Virus record (IMG/VR): IMGVR_UViG_3300002756_000060
Span: 1 to 32,694 of that record
Direction: 5' to 3' (one strand)
From: a virus
Lineage: Duplodnaviria; Heunggongvirae; Uroviricota; Caudoviricetes
Length of the DNA stretch: 32,694 bases
In this document: piece by piece, positions 21,801 to 29,553 of the stretch
Numbering within the stretch: position 1 is the stretch's first letter
Layout of the letters: each line of letters begins with the position of its first letter
Translations under genes and position numbers: made by a program
The notes under the pieces: generated by a model
Database searches by the model: none
Seen by the model: only the letters and a program-made list of their open reading frames with translations
What the model was told of the DNA's origin: nothing

Positions 21801-22122
21801 CTATCCTGACTTCCTGCTCTGGCTGGTGGACGACAAAACTGGCAAGCAGTGGCTATCATTCATCGATCCTAAGGGCATTCGAAACCTGAACATTTCGGAC
21901 CCGAAGTTTGGCTTGTATAGGGAAATCAAGCAGATCGAGAACCAGCTGGGTGACGGCATGATCAGCCTAAACGCCTTCATCCTGTCCGTGACGACCTTCA
22001 GCGACCTGCTAAATGTCACAGGCTCTACCACGAAATCGGAGCTCGAGGACCGAAATGTCCTATTCATGGGCGACGGGGGGCCGACATATCTTGATAAGCT
22101 GCTGGCCAGAGCCCTCACCTGA
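18805..22122 (+). CDS. Res-like ATPase/helicase with candidate C-terminal PD-(D/E)xK nuclease
   Basis: Walker A FWNATGSGKTLLLHV; Walker B-type LVLVDEGHRG; C-terminal YPDFLLWL...FIDPKG; start overlaps the Mod-like stop (TGATG), so co-operonic; 1105 aa. Confidence 0.75.
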   Translation: MARAAKKKRTFHHELVLNRWMLSHFYGDGLMTLKSRLGDDRFEGIDDDGQTKFFHELTRNLFNMDRVTEAELRRYDLNIVAYWQKITHRRNAATGELLTMKYFQYLSLLFTEIYLDWYFNRRQDLLDGLNAQMAAYRKEDGAEPFRDYSADDLNKLAFWNATGSGKTLLLHVNILQYLHYFQAGNGNLFPDRIILLTPNEGLSRQHLEEFRESGINAHVFDKNQTGSLFKGWVDVIEVTKLADEMGDKTVATGAFEGNNLVLVDEGHRGTGSAGGVWMARRAALVKGGFAFEYSATFSQSVAKGATVAKAEEDILKAKAKRLFDKTLKQLDDTERAQLQLTNEDRARARIDGIREAYAKAVLIDYSYKYFYADGYGKESLILNLDDKGYDNHGDLYFTACLLSFYQQLWLWDTHRDKIRDFNIEKPLWVFVGNTVAGEDSDILEVIKFLAWFLNHPSEATTWIADLVADKARLLDPKGNDVFAGRFSPLMQRDAATIYDDILKRLFNADARQRLKLVNLKNSKGELALRVGSFDPFGLINIGDDSGFFKNAEDSSDFDTEADDFGTGLFGTINQKDSKLNVLIGSRKFTEGWSSWRVSTMGLLNMGQGEGSQIIQLFGRGVRLKGRGMSLKRSLPAERPKGTHMERLETLNIFGVRANYMATFKDYLKEEGITPSDEIIQLDFPTRTNLPSGTRLKTLKLKDGYKDNQIKGFKRVHYPTLYEVPAEFAGKIKPPHVLLDLYPRVEAITTTANATAGAPDKRNRGKLSKAAIACFDWDAVFTAVQEYKLLKSWSNLKVDRERLYQFCLGDNSWYTLLIPQAELEVSDFSDVLRQQDIMLQLLTDYTDRFYQGLKAAYEGKFYDVAPVTEDSGSIIKLYQFEIENTDVGLEYKAKLEVLSALVASGKIGEASNWNAPHMVAISFGQHLYYPLLSPIKDAVVPLKMRPLAIGEPSEVQFVEDVMAYYDSPSGKERLKGFSLYLLRNADNRAKGLGFALAGNFYPDFLLWLVDDKTGKQWLSFIDPKGIRNLNISDPKFGLYREIKQIENQLGDGMISLNAFILSVTTFSDLLNVTGSTTKSELEDRNVLFMGDGGPTYLDKLLARALT

Positions 22123-22124
22123 GC

Positions 22125-22150
22125 CGGGGCAAGTTGAGCTCCCCCCCGGC
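22125..22150 (+). terminator. Weak GC hairpin immediately after the Res-like gene stop
   Basis: GCCGGGG (22125-22131) pairs with CCCCGGC about 13 nt downstream; no clear U-tract. Confidence 0.2.
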
Positions 22151-22225
22151 ATGGTTCCTCCCGGGCGCGATCCGTATACGGGGGGGCTGAGCGCGGCATT
22201 TCGCTAGCGACTGGCTTTTTCACCG

Positions 22226-22427
22226 GGGAATCCACTTGGAAGCCACCCCGGCGGCCCTGCCGGAAATTGTGACTCAATTTCAGAACCTTACCCGACAGCA
22301 TCGGTGGCCAGGGTGGATTCCTTTTGGAAGCCAGGGAATCCACTTGGTGGGTTCTTTTGGCCAGAAAAGCCACCCTCAGGCCAGATCGGCAGAACACCTT
22401 GATTCCAAGCCACAAAATGGATTGACA
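22226..22427. repeat. Array of GGAA(T/G)CCA motifs in both orientations (paralog of 7137-7325)
   Basis: gggaatccacttggaagccacc occurs twice; ggtggccagggtggattcc (inverted); gattccaagccac. Confidence 0.6.
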
Positions 22428-22510
22428 TTTCTAGCCCCCTTGACGTACCCCTTGATTGTCGAAGAGTTGCGCCCGGAGGAAACCCCTCGCGGGCGCTTTT
22501 GCTTTCCCCC
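22422..22510 (+). promoter_or_regulatory. Promoter-like TTGACA/TTGACG/TTGATT elements followed by a GC stem (GCGCCCG 22469-22475 / CGGGCGC 22490-22496) and T-rich tract
   Basis: Same arrangement as 7336-7419; the conserved leader CATCGCGGACCCTGA follows in both copies. Confidence 0.4.
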
Positions 22511-22592
22511 ATCGCGGACCCTGACACAGCAACCGGCGTTTGCCGGGGCTTGCATTGGTCTGTCCGCCCTGCCCCGGATCCGAACCCCACCC

Positions 22593-23855
22593 ATGGACCT
22601 TGTCTTTGCGCCGAGCCAGATCGAGAGCTGGCCGATCGACCGGCTGCGCCCCTATGCCCGCAATGCCAAGATCCACGGCACGGACCAAGTCGCCAAGATC
22701 GCGGCAAGCATGGCCAAGTTCGGCTGGACCGTGCCTTGCTTGGTGGCTGACGATGGCGATCTGATTGCGGGCCACGGTCGGGTGCTGGCCGCCATCATGC
22801 TGGGGCTGACCGAGGTGCCGGTGATCCGGCTCGGCCACCTGGATGAAGCGGAGCGCCGGGCGTACCGGATCGCGGACAACAAATTGACCGAGTTGGGCGA
22901 ATGGGACGAGGCAATGCTGCGCGACGAGATCGCGGGGCTGCTGGCCGAGGATTTCGACCTTACGCTGCTGGGCATCAGCGAGGATGATCTCGATGCGCTG
23001 TTGCGGGATCCCGATGCGCTGGGCGGCGATGGCCCCGTCGAGGGCGAGGACGACGTTCCGGAGTTACCGGTCACCCCGGTCTCGGTGGCGGGTGACCTTT
23101 GGCAGCTTGGATCGCACCGGCTGATCTGCGGCGACAGCACCTCCGCCGATGTCGTCGGGCGGCTGCTCGGCGACGTGAAGCCGTTGCTGATGGTGACGGA
23201 CCCGCCTTACGGCGTGGAGTATGACCCAAGCTGGCGCAACCAGGCGGGCGCGGCCAAAACCAAACGAACCGGCAAGGTGCTGAACGACGACCGGGCCGAC
23301 TGGCGCGAGGCATGGGCGCTGTTCCCCGGCGATGTCGCCTATGTCTGGCACGGCGCGCTGCATGCAGCGACGGTTGCTGAAAGCCTCTTGGTTGCAGGTT
23401 TTGCCATTCGCTCGCAGATTATCTGGGCCAAGGACCGGCTGGTCCTCAGCCGCGGCGATTACCACTGGCAGCATGAGCCCTGCTGGTATGCGGTGCGCGT
23501 CAAGGGCAAGGGGCACTGGGCGGGCGACCGCAAGCAGACCACATTGTGGCAGATCGCCAACCGCGATCAAGATGCCGACACAGTGCACGGCACGCAAAAG
23601 CCGGTCGAATGCATGCGCCGTCCGATCCTGAACAATTCCAGCCCCGGGCAGGCGGTGTTTGAACCCTTTATGGGGTCTGGCACCACGCTGATCGCGGCTG
23701 AAACCACGGGACGCGTCTGCTTTGGGATCGAGTTGAACCCGGCCTACGTTGATGTGGCCATCGAGCGCTGGCAGCAATTCACCGGCGCCAATGCCGTGCT
23801 GGCGGAAACGGGCGAGACCTTCGCCGAGTTGAAGGCCAAAAGGCTGGCCGCATGA
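22593..23855 (+). CDS. ParB-like nuclease domain fused to DNA methyltransferase (DPPY type), paralog of 7506-8768
   Basis: MDLVFAPSQIESWPIDRLRPYARNAK...; LMVTDPPYG; FEPFMGSGTTLIAAE; 8 differences from the first copy in the first 62 residues. Confidence 0.85.
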   Translation: MDLVFAPSQIESWPIDRLRPYARNAKIHGTDQVAKIAASMAKFGWTVPCLVADDGDLIAGHGRVLAAIMLGLTEVPVIRLGHLDEAERRAYRIADNKLTELGEWDEAMLRDEIAGLLAEDFDLTLLGISEDDLDALLRDPDALGGDGPVEGEDDVPELPVTPVSVAGDLWQLGSHRLICGDSTSADVVGRLLGDVKPLLMVTDPPYGVEYDPSWRNQAGAAKTKRTGKVLNDDRADWREAWALFPGDVAYVWHGALHAATVAESLLVAGFAIRSQIIWAKDRLVLSRGDYHWQHEPCWYAVRVKGKGHWAGDRKQTTLWQIANRDQDADTVHGTQKPVECMRRPILNNSSPGQAVFEPFMGSGTTLIAAETTGRVCFGIELNPAYVDVAIERWQQFTGANAVLAETGETFAELKAKRLAA

Positions 23856-25219
23856 ACGCGCCCCTCCTGCCGGGCCGGATCGAACATTGGCCGCTGGCCC
23901 GGCTGAAGCCCTATGCCCGCAACGCCAAGACCCATGACGCCGATCAGGTTGTGAAGATCGCTGCCAGCATGGCCGAGTTTGGCTGGACCGTCCCCTGCCT
24001 CGTCGCCGCCGATGGTGAGTTGATCGCAGGCCATGGCCGCATCCTGGCGGCGGCCCAGCTGGGGCTGTCCGAGGCCCCGGTCATCGTGCTGGACCATCTG
24101 ACCGAGGCGCAACGCCGGGCCTATCGCATCGCCGACAACAAGCTCACCGAGCTGGGCGGCTGGGACGAGGCCCTGCTCCTCGAGGAGCTGCGCGGGCTGT
24201 TGGCCGAGGATTTCGACCTCGGGCTGATCGGGATCCCCGAGGATGAGCTGGACGCGCTGCTGCACGCGGGCGACGAAGAGCGCCCATCGATTTCTGACGA
24301 TGCGGCTGATGCCATCCCCGCCCCGCCTGCCGAACCCATCACTAAGGCGGGCGACATCTGGGCGCTGGGCAAGCACCGGCTATGCTGCGGCGACGCGACC
24401 GATCCGGCCGCTGTCGCCAGGTTGATGCAGGGTGCAGAAGCCGCGCTGATGTTCACCTCGCCACCCTATGCCCAGCAGCGCGACTATGGCGCGGCCAGGG
24501 AAAAACTCGGCGATTGGGATGCGCTGATGCAGGGCGTGTTCACTGCAGCGCCGGTCACCACCGACGCACAGCTGCTGGTCAACCTCGGCCTCGTGCACCG
24601 GGACAGCGAATGGCAACCCTATTGGGAAGGATGGGTCGAATGGATGCGCAAATCTGGCTGGCGACGCTTTGGCTGGTATGTGTGGGATCAGGGCCCGGGC
24701 TTGCCGGGCGACTGGAACGGCCGCCTGGCCCCGTCGCACGAGTTCATTTTCCACTTCAACCGCGCGCCCCGCAAACCGCACAAGACGGTCCAGTCAAAGC
24801 ACGCGGGCGAAACTTTGGGCGGCGGCGGGCTGCGCGGGGCCGACGGCACCGTGCATGCCAAAACCGGCACAGGCAACGCGATCCAGAGCCACCGCATCCC
24901 GGACTCTGTCTTCCGCATCATGCGCCACAAGGGCGGGCTGGGTGCGGCCGGATCGCATCCGGCGGTGTTCCCCGTGGCGCTGGTCGAGGCCGTGCTGACC
25001 GCATTCTCGGATCCGGGCGACCTGATCTACGAGCCGTTCTGCGGCTCCGGCACCCAGATCGTCGCCGCCGAACGCGCTGAGCGGCGCTGCTTCGCGATGG
25101 AACTGGATCCCGTCTATTGCGACGTCGCCGTGCGGCGATGGGAACTGGCGACGGGGCGAAAGGCACAGTTGGAAAATCGCAACGAAACCACCATTGGCAA
25201 GGAGACAAAACAGCAATGA
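23852..25219 (+). CDS. ParB-like nuclease domain fused to DNA methyltransferase (SPPY type), paralog of 8765-10132
   Basis: KPYARNAKTHDADQVVKIAASMAEFGW; LMFTSPPYAQQRDYG; YEPFCGSGTQIVAAE; ATGA overlap with the upstream gene. Confidence 0.85.
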   Translation: MNAPLLPGRIEHWPLARLKPYARNAKTHDADQVVKIAASMAEFGWTVPCLVAADGELIAGHGRILAAAQLGLSEAPVIVLDHLTEAQRRAYRIADNKLTELGGWDEALLLEELRGLLAEDFDLGLIGIPEDELDALLHAGDEERPSISDDAADAIPAPPAEPITKAGDIWALGKHRLCCGDATDPAAVARLMQGAEAALMFTSPPYAQQRDYGAAREKLGDWDALMQGVFTAAPVTTDAQLLVNLGLVHRDSEWQPYWEGWVEWMRKSGWRRFGWYVWDQGPGLPGDWNGRLAPSHEFIFHFNRAPRKPHKTVQSKHAGETLGGGGLRGADGTVHAKTGTGNAIQSHRIPDSVFRIMRHKGGLGAAGSHPAVFPVALVEAVLTAFSDPGDLIYEPFCGSGTQIVAAERAERRCFAMELDPVYCDVAVRRWELATGRKAQLENRNETTIGKETKQQ

Positions 25220-25725
25220 TCATCAACACCCCAATCTGGCGAAACGCTGACCTCATTCGGATCATTCCGATCACGCGCGCGGACCTGAACCAGGCCATAT
25301 CCCGCAACGACTTTCAGCCTGAAAACACACCCAAGCCCGGAAAGGCGCGCTGGTACAGCTGGAGAGACGTAGTGTCGGTTGCTGCCGCACAGGACTTGCG
25401 CAAACTCGGCTTTGGTCCGTCGATCGCATTTGGGCTGGTGCAAAACCACCTGTCACCGTTTCTGCGGGCTAGCATAGACGCCCCGGACGATTGCGCAGGA
25501 GTGCTTTGGCTTATCCGTCCAAGTGACGACCATCTCAACATTGAGACCCCGTGCGAGTTCCTGCGGCACACCGAATACGAGGAACTCCTTGTTACGCCAG
25601 ACGAGAGCGCTTGCATCATCGTGAATATCGGTCGCATTGCAGCCCGCGTTAGCAATGACCTGCAGGCGACCGAGACTGCCAAGATCATCCGTGAGGAATT
25701 TCAGATCACAGGACCGGTGATGTGA
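25216..25725 (+). CDS. hypothetical protein (169 aa), paralog of 10129-10638
   Basis: Near-identical sequence (MIINTPIWRNADLIRIIPITRADLNQAISRNDF...). Confidence 0.6.
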   Translation: MIINTPIWRNADLIRIIPITRADLNQAISRNDFQPENTPKPGKARWYSWRDVVSVAAAQDLRKLGFGPSIAFGLVQNHLSPFLRASIDAPDDCAGVLWLIRPSDDHLNIETPCEFLRHTEYEELLVTPDESACIIVNIGRIAARVSNDLQATETAKIIREEFQITGPVM

Positions 25726-25937
25726 CCCAATCGCGCGGCATGTCGCTGATCGAAGCCGTCACCAACGTGGCGGTGGGCTATGTGCTCGCTGTCGCCACGC
25801 AGATCTTGGTGTTTCCATGGTTCGGCCTGCACCCGAGCCTTGGCGAGAACCTAGCGCTGGGCGGGGTCTTCATCGGCATATCGCTCCTGCGCAGCTACGC
25901 GCTGCGCAGGCTGTTCGAGCGCTGGACGCACTTGTGA
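25722..25937 (+). CDS. small hydrophobic (probable membrane) protein, paralog of 10635-10844
   Basis: MTQSRGMSLIEAVTNVAVGYVLAVATQILVFPWFGLHPSLGENLALGGVFIGISLL. Confidence 0.5.
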   Translation: MTQSRGMSLIEAVTNVAVGYVLAVATQILVFPWFGLHPSLGENLALGGVFIGISLLRSYALRRLFERWTHL

Positions 25938-25989
25938 TGCCAGTTCCTGATAAAAAATGCAGCTGAGAGAAGCGCCGAATTTTTGGCGC

Positions 25990-26010
25990 ATTCCTGCGAT
26001 ACCAGGAATG
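25990..26010. promoter_or_regulatory. Perfect 8-bp inverted repeat CATTCCTG-cgata-CAGGAATG just upstream of the NYN gene (candidate operator)
   Basis: Palindrome read directly at 25990-25997 and 26003-26010; it lies 16-25 nt upstream of the candidate starts. Confidence 0.35.
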
Positions 26011-26025
26011 GAAATCCAGTAGACG

Positions 26026-26712
26026 GTGAGCGATATGACCCAGCCAGTGGCAGTGCTTGTGGATGGCGACAATATCAGCGGCAAGAACGCCGCATCCATC
26101 CTTGGGATCGCCATGAAGCACGGCGATCCCGTTGTGGTGCGGGCCTATCTGGACGCTCAGCGGGCATCCGACTGGCACGGTGCCATCGGGTATCGGCTGG
26201 TCCATGCCGGGTCAGGCAAGAACGCATCGGATATCCTGCTGGCCATTGATGCAATGGACCTTGTTCACGCCAAGACGACCACGAAATTCATCATTGCCAC
26301 CTCTGACGGTGATTTCACTCATCTCGCAGTCCGCCTGCGCGAACTTGGTGCAAAGGTCATAGGCGTCGGAGAAGCGAAAGCACCACATATGTTCAGGGCA
26401 AGTTGCTCCAGCTTTGTGGAACTGGGCACGAAACCGACAGTGAAACTGGTGCCCAAGGCGCCGACAGGCGTCGCGGATATGGACTTGAAAATCCGAGCGA
26501 TGATTGCCGAACACAGCAAGAAGGGGGCCGGCATGCGCATCGTCGAGCTCGCCCCGAAAATGCATGTGGTGCATGGGATCAAGATCAGTACACTGCCGGA
26601 AAAGAACTGGCGAAGCTATCTGACCGCGCGCCCAGCTTTGTTCGATGTTGAGCCGCGCGGCCCCGAAGCAATGGTCAGGTTTCGACCAGAGGGGTTTGCG
26701 ACGGCGGCCTGA
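26026..26712 (+). CDS. NYN (PIN-like) domain protein with possible C-terminal OST-HTH/LOTUS-like domain
   Basis: N-terminus VAVLVDGDNISGKNAASILGIA...FIIATSDGDFTHLAVRLRELGAKVIGVG fits the NYN pattern; start GTG 26026 or ATG 26035. Confidence 0.65.
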   Translation: MSDMTQPVAVLVDGDNISGKNAASILGIAMKHGDPVVVRAYLDAQRASDWHGAIGYRLVHAGSGKNASDILLAIDAMDLVHAKTTTKFIIATSDGDFTHLAVRLRELGAKVIGVGEAKAPHMFRASCSSFVELGTKPTVKLVPKAPTGVADMDLKIRAMIAEHSKKGAGMRIVELAPKMHVVHGIKISTLPEKNWRSYLTARPALFDVEPRGPEAMVRFRPEGFATAA

Positions 26713-26937
26713 CAGGGAAGCTGTGATCGGACCCGTCTCAACCGTCCAGAAGATTGAGTGCCGTGATATAGGGATCGGCGATGTTCCATGACCCTTCTTC
26801 AAGGGTTCAGATCGCATCGCTGTTGGCGGACAAGGCCGCGAAGGCTGCGGATACCGCCGCCTCCGCATTCGACGCCTGAACCGTGACGCTTGTGCTTTCC
26901 GTCACATCGCGGGTGAGCAGGACCGCGAAGCAGGGCA

Positions 26938-27519
26938 TCAGGCGGCCTCGAGTTTGTACACGGTGCCTCTGCCCGCGACCTTCTCCGAGGTAACCGGCAG
27001 GTTCAGCTTCTTCTTGAGGCCGCCCGAAATCAGGCCTCTCGCCGAATGCGCCAACCATCCCGTCGCTTCGACGATCTCGGCGATGGATGCACCCTCGGGT
27101 CGCTGAATGAGTGCGATGATCTCCGCCTGTTTGGTGCCGGTGCGGATGGCAACCGGCTTCGGCGTGGAAGGGTTCGGGGAAGCTTCGGACGCATCCTTGG
27201 GCCCAGTGACCAGCTCCAGCTTTGCCTTGCGCGCGCTGGCGACGGCGCTGGCCACCACCGGCTCGATCCCGATGGCTTGCAGCCCGGCCTCAGTCGCGAT
27301 CAGCGTGGTGCCGTGGCCGTCGCCGGTTTCGCGCCACATGGGCTCGCCTCGGCGCAGGTTGGCCTCGACCTCTTCAAGCCAGCCGCGCGTGATCATCGCG
27401 GTCACCGCCTTCTGGGCGGCGGCGCCATGCAGGCCCTCGGGCAGTGGCATAGCGAGGTTGCCGGGGCGCGTTGCCGCGCGGCTGAGGACGATGGTTTGGG
27501 TGTCGGTGAGTTTGGGCAT
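26938..27519 (-). CDS. DUF3489-like protein (full-length copy, 193 aa)
   Basis: Paralog of 10854-11309 with ~42 extra N-terminal residues. Confidence 0.6.
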   Translation of the reverse strand: MPKLTDTQTIVLSRAATRPGNLAMPLPEGLHGAAAQKAVTAMITRGWLEEVEANLRRGEPMWRETGDGHGTTLIATEAGLQAIGIEPVVASAVASARKAKLELVTGPKDASEASPNPSTPKPVAIRTGTKQAEIIALIQRPEGASIAEIVEATGWLAHSARGLISGGLKKKLNLPVTSEKVAGRGTVYKLEAA

Positions 27520-27556
27520 CTTGGCCTCCTGTCATGGAATGGGGTGTCGGGGATGA

Positions 27557-28003
27557 TCAGTCGCTCTCGGCCATCGCGGCCGCGACTGCGAAATGCTGAA
27601 CCCAGCCAGTCAGGTAGGGCAGCCCTGCGGGGATCCCCTCGTCGCGCTCAAGCTGGCGCGAGATACGCCAGTCCTGCCACGTGCGGATGGACGATCTGAT
27701 GGCGGTTTCGCAGTCGATGTTGCAGCCGGTCATGTTGCCGACCACATCGTCAGCGAAATGGCGGCCCATGCGGCTGTCGAGAAAGTCGCGAATGCCAATC
27801 ATCTCGTCCTCGCTGTTGGCGCAGATGGCGGTGGCGATCAGGGTTGAGGCCAGCACCCAGACCTCGACACTGCGGCGGTCCCGCTGCGGGCAAGTGGTCA
27901 GGGTGCCGAAGAAGCCGTGGTCGGGGTTGCGGCTGGGCAGGATGGGGTGCGTCATGACGGTGGTCCTTTGGGGTGAGTTGCATCGTTTTCCTGTGACAAC
28001 CAT
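27557..28003 (-). CDS. hypothetical protein
   Basis: Minus-strand ORF in a co-directional cluster; internal ATG at 27955 is an alternative start. Confidence 0.4.
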   Translation of the reverse strand: MVVTGKRCNSPQRTTVMTHPILPSRNPDHGFFGTLTTCPQRDRRSVEVWVLASTLIATAICANSEDEMIGIRDFLDSRMGRHFADDVVGNMTGCNIDCETAIRSSIRTWQDWRISRQLERDEGIPAGLPYLTGWVQHFAVAAAMAESD

Positions 28004-28073
28004 CGCTCCAGCCCGCCGATTATCGTAGGCAATTCAGAGCAATATCATGGCTTTATGATCGAGAAGCCTTGGC

Positions 28074-28430
28074 TCAGGCGATGCGATCCGGATCGGTCAG
28101 CGCCGCCTGTTCCGCCTCATGACGCTGGGCGGCGTCGGGCGGGTCACGGCGGGCGTTGACGATGGCGACGAACAGCGCGCGGGCGATGGTAGCGACCTCG
28201 TCAGCCCCGGCGCTGGTCAGGTTGGCATCGTGGATCGCGATGGCCTCGCCCAGATCTGTCAGGGCTGAGAGCGTCGCGAACTCGGCGTCGGTCGGATCGC
28301 AGGTCTCGGTTTCGCGGTCGTGTTCGGACACGGCGACGCTGCGGCAGAAGCGCAGATCAAACCCGATGGCGCATTCGCGGCGGGCCAGATCGGCGAGGGT
28401 TTCGCCCTCAGGCAGGCAATTTGGGGTCAT
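28074..28430 (-). CDS. hypothetical protein
   Basis: Start placed at the ATG whose complement is 28428-28430, which overlaps the upstream gene's stop (ATGA coupling on minus strand); the longest ORF runs to 28478. Confidence 0.4.
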   Translation of the reverse strand: MTPNCLPEGETLADLARRECAIGFDLRFCRSVAVSEHDRETETCDPTDAEFATLSALTDLGEAIAIHDANLTSAGADEVATIARALFVAIVNARRDPPDAAQRHEAEQAALTDPDRIA

Positions 28431-28732
28431 GGGGTTGCTCCTTCGGGGGCGTGGGTTTCGGGGTCGAGTTCGACCCAAGCGTCGTCTTGCCAGACGTAAA
28501 GGTGGCAGAACTGACAGGTCGGGCGTGGCATGATCACCGGGTCGCGGGGCCTCTCAAACGCTTCGATCCCGTCGGCGCGGACCTGCCGAATTTCGCTGGC
28601 GGCGAGGATGTCCTCGGGCGTCCACGGTGCCAGCGCGGGGAGCATGTGGGAGGGGCGGCCGTCGTAGTGGACATATGTGTGTGCCCATTCCTCGGGCCCG
28701 ATCTGGATGGCGATTTGCGCGCGCGTGCTCAT
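28427..28732 (-). CDS. hypothetical protein (101 aa)
   Basis: Minus-strand ORF in the same cluster; no recognisable motif. Confidence 0.4.
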   Translation of the reverse strand: MSTRAQIAIQIGPEEWAHTYVHYDGRPSHMLPALAPWTPEDILAASEIRQVRADGIEAFERPRDPVIMPRPTCQFCHLYVWQDDAWVELDPETHAPEGATP

Positions 28733-28755
28733 GTTGGTCTCCGTTTGGCGACGTT

Positions 28756-28968
28756 TCAGATCAGCCCGTGCTGCTGCAGGACCGGCACGACATCGGCTAA
28801 CTCGATGGTCAGGCAGTCGATCCCGATCCGGCCGGCCATCTCGAAGACCTCTGCGTTCAGGCTCTTGTCATTGAGGTGGCGCTGCAGCGCGGCGGTGCTC
28901 ATGGCCTGAACAAAGCGGGCGCGGTCGATGAAAATGCGGGTCGTGTCAGAAGTGGTGGCGATGTTCAT
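28756..28968 (-). CDS. hypothetical protein (70 aa)
   Basis: Minus-strand ORF in the same cluster. Confidence 0.35.
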   Translation of the reverse strand: MNIATTSDTTRIFIDRARFVQAMSTAALQRHLNDKSLNAEVFEMAGRIGIDCLTIELADVVPVLQQHGLI

Positions 28969-28980
28969 GTGCGTGTCCTT

Positions 28981-29193
28981 TCAGGATTGGGGTGCGGTGG
29001 TTTCAGCGGCGCGGCGTCCCGCCTCGAAAGCGGCCTCCAGCGCGGAGCGGATCGCCCAAACCGCGACGTCGTGGAAATCGAGGCGGTCCCAGTTCCGGGT
29101 TTCGAGCGTTTCCAGAAAGAGGTGGCGTTCGGCGATCTCCATCAGCTGTGCATCGCGGGCGGCGTTGGGGTCGGCGGGTTTGCGCTTGGCCAT
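28981..29193 (-). CDS. hypothetical protein (70 aa)
   Basis: Minus-strand ORF in the same cluster. Confidence 0.35.
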   Translation of the reverse strand: MAKRKPADPNAARDAQLMEIAERHLFLETLETRNWDRLDFHDVAVWAIRSALEAAFEAGRRAAETTAPQS

Positions 29194-29195
29194 GA

Positions 29196-29414
29196 TCAGT
29201 CTTCCCAGCGGTGCTCAGGGTGGGTGGTGCGCGCGCGGGCTTCCTCGCGCATCATCTCTTGCGCCTTGGCCATCTCGACCATCCCGTCCGCCTGGCTCAT
29301 CCGCCCGGACATGACCTCGTCCATCACCCAGTTCATCCGCTCCTGCGCGGGGCTGGTGTGATCCCGCCACCCCTCGCTCATCGAGCTGTGCCCCATCTTC
29401 TCTTGTGCGCGCAT
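29196..29414 (-). CDS. hypothetical protein (72 aa)
   Basis: First gene of the minus-strand cluster, divergent from the terminase genes. Confidence 0.35.
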   Translation of the reverse strand: MRAQEKMGHSSMSEGWRDHTSPAQERMNWVMDEVMSGRMSQADGMVEMAKAQEMMREEARARTTHPEHRWED

Positions 29415-29553
29415 GGCTGTCTCCGATCCGTGTATCCGGGTTGCGATGCACCCGCTTTGTGAGACAATGAATCGCTCTATCGGGGAGTGTAATCAACTCA
29501 AATAGATCGGCTTTCCTGTTTATTTACAATATGTTGAGGACAATCATAGCGCC
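29415..29553. promoter_or_regulatory. AT-richer divergent intergenic region (candidate divergent promoters and/or cos-type packaging site)
   Basis: Lies between the minus-strand cluster and the Nu1-like terminase gene; AT-rich relative to surroundings (ttatttacaatatgttgaggacaatcatag). Confidence 0.3.

Larger units (their letters stand above)
22125..25937 (+). repeat. Segmental direct repeat, copy B
   Basis: Homology to 7045-10850 begins immediately after the Res-like gene stop. Confidence 0.8.

Noticed and set aside
12779-22122. Class 1 DISARM or BREX as the identity of the helicase/methylase operon
   Set aside because: The methyltransferase is beta-class (DPPY before FAGSGTT) rather than the gamma-class enzymes I recall for DrmMI/PglX, and no DUF1998, PLD or PglZ-like gene is present; from recall only, so not fully excluded
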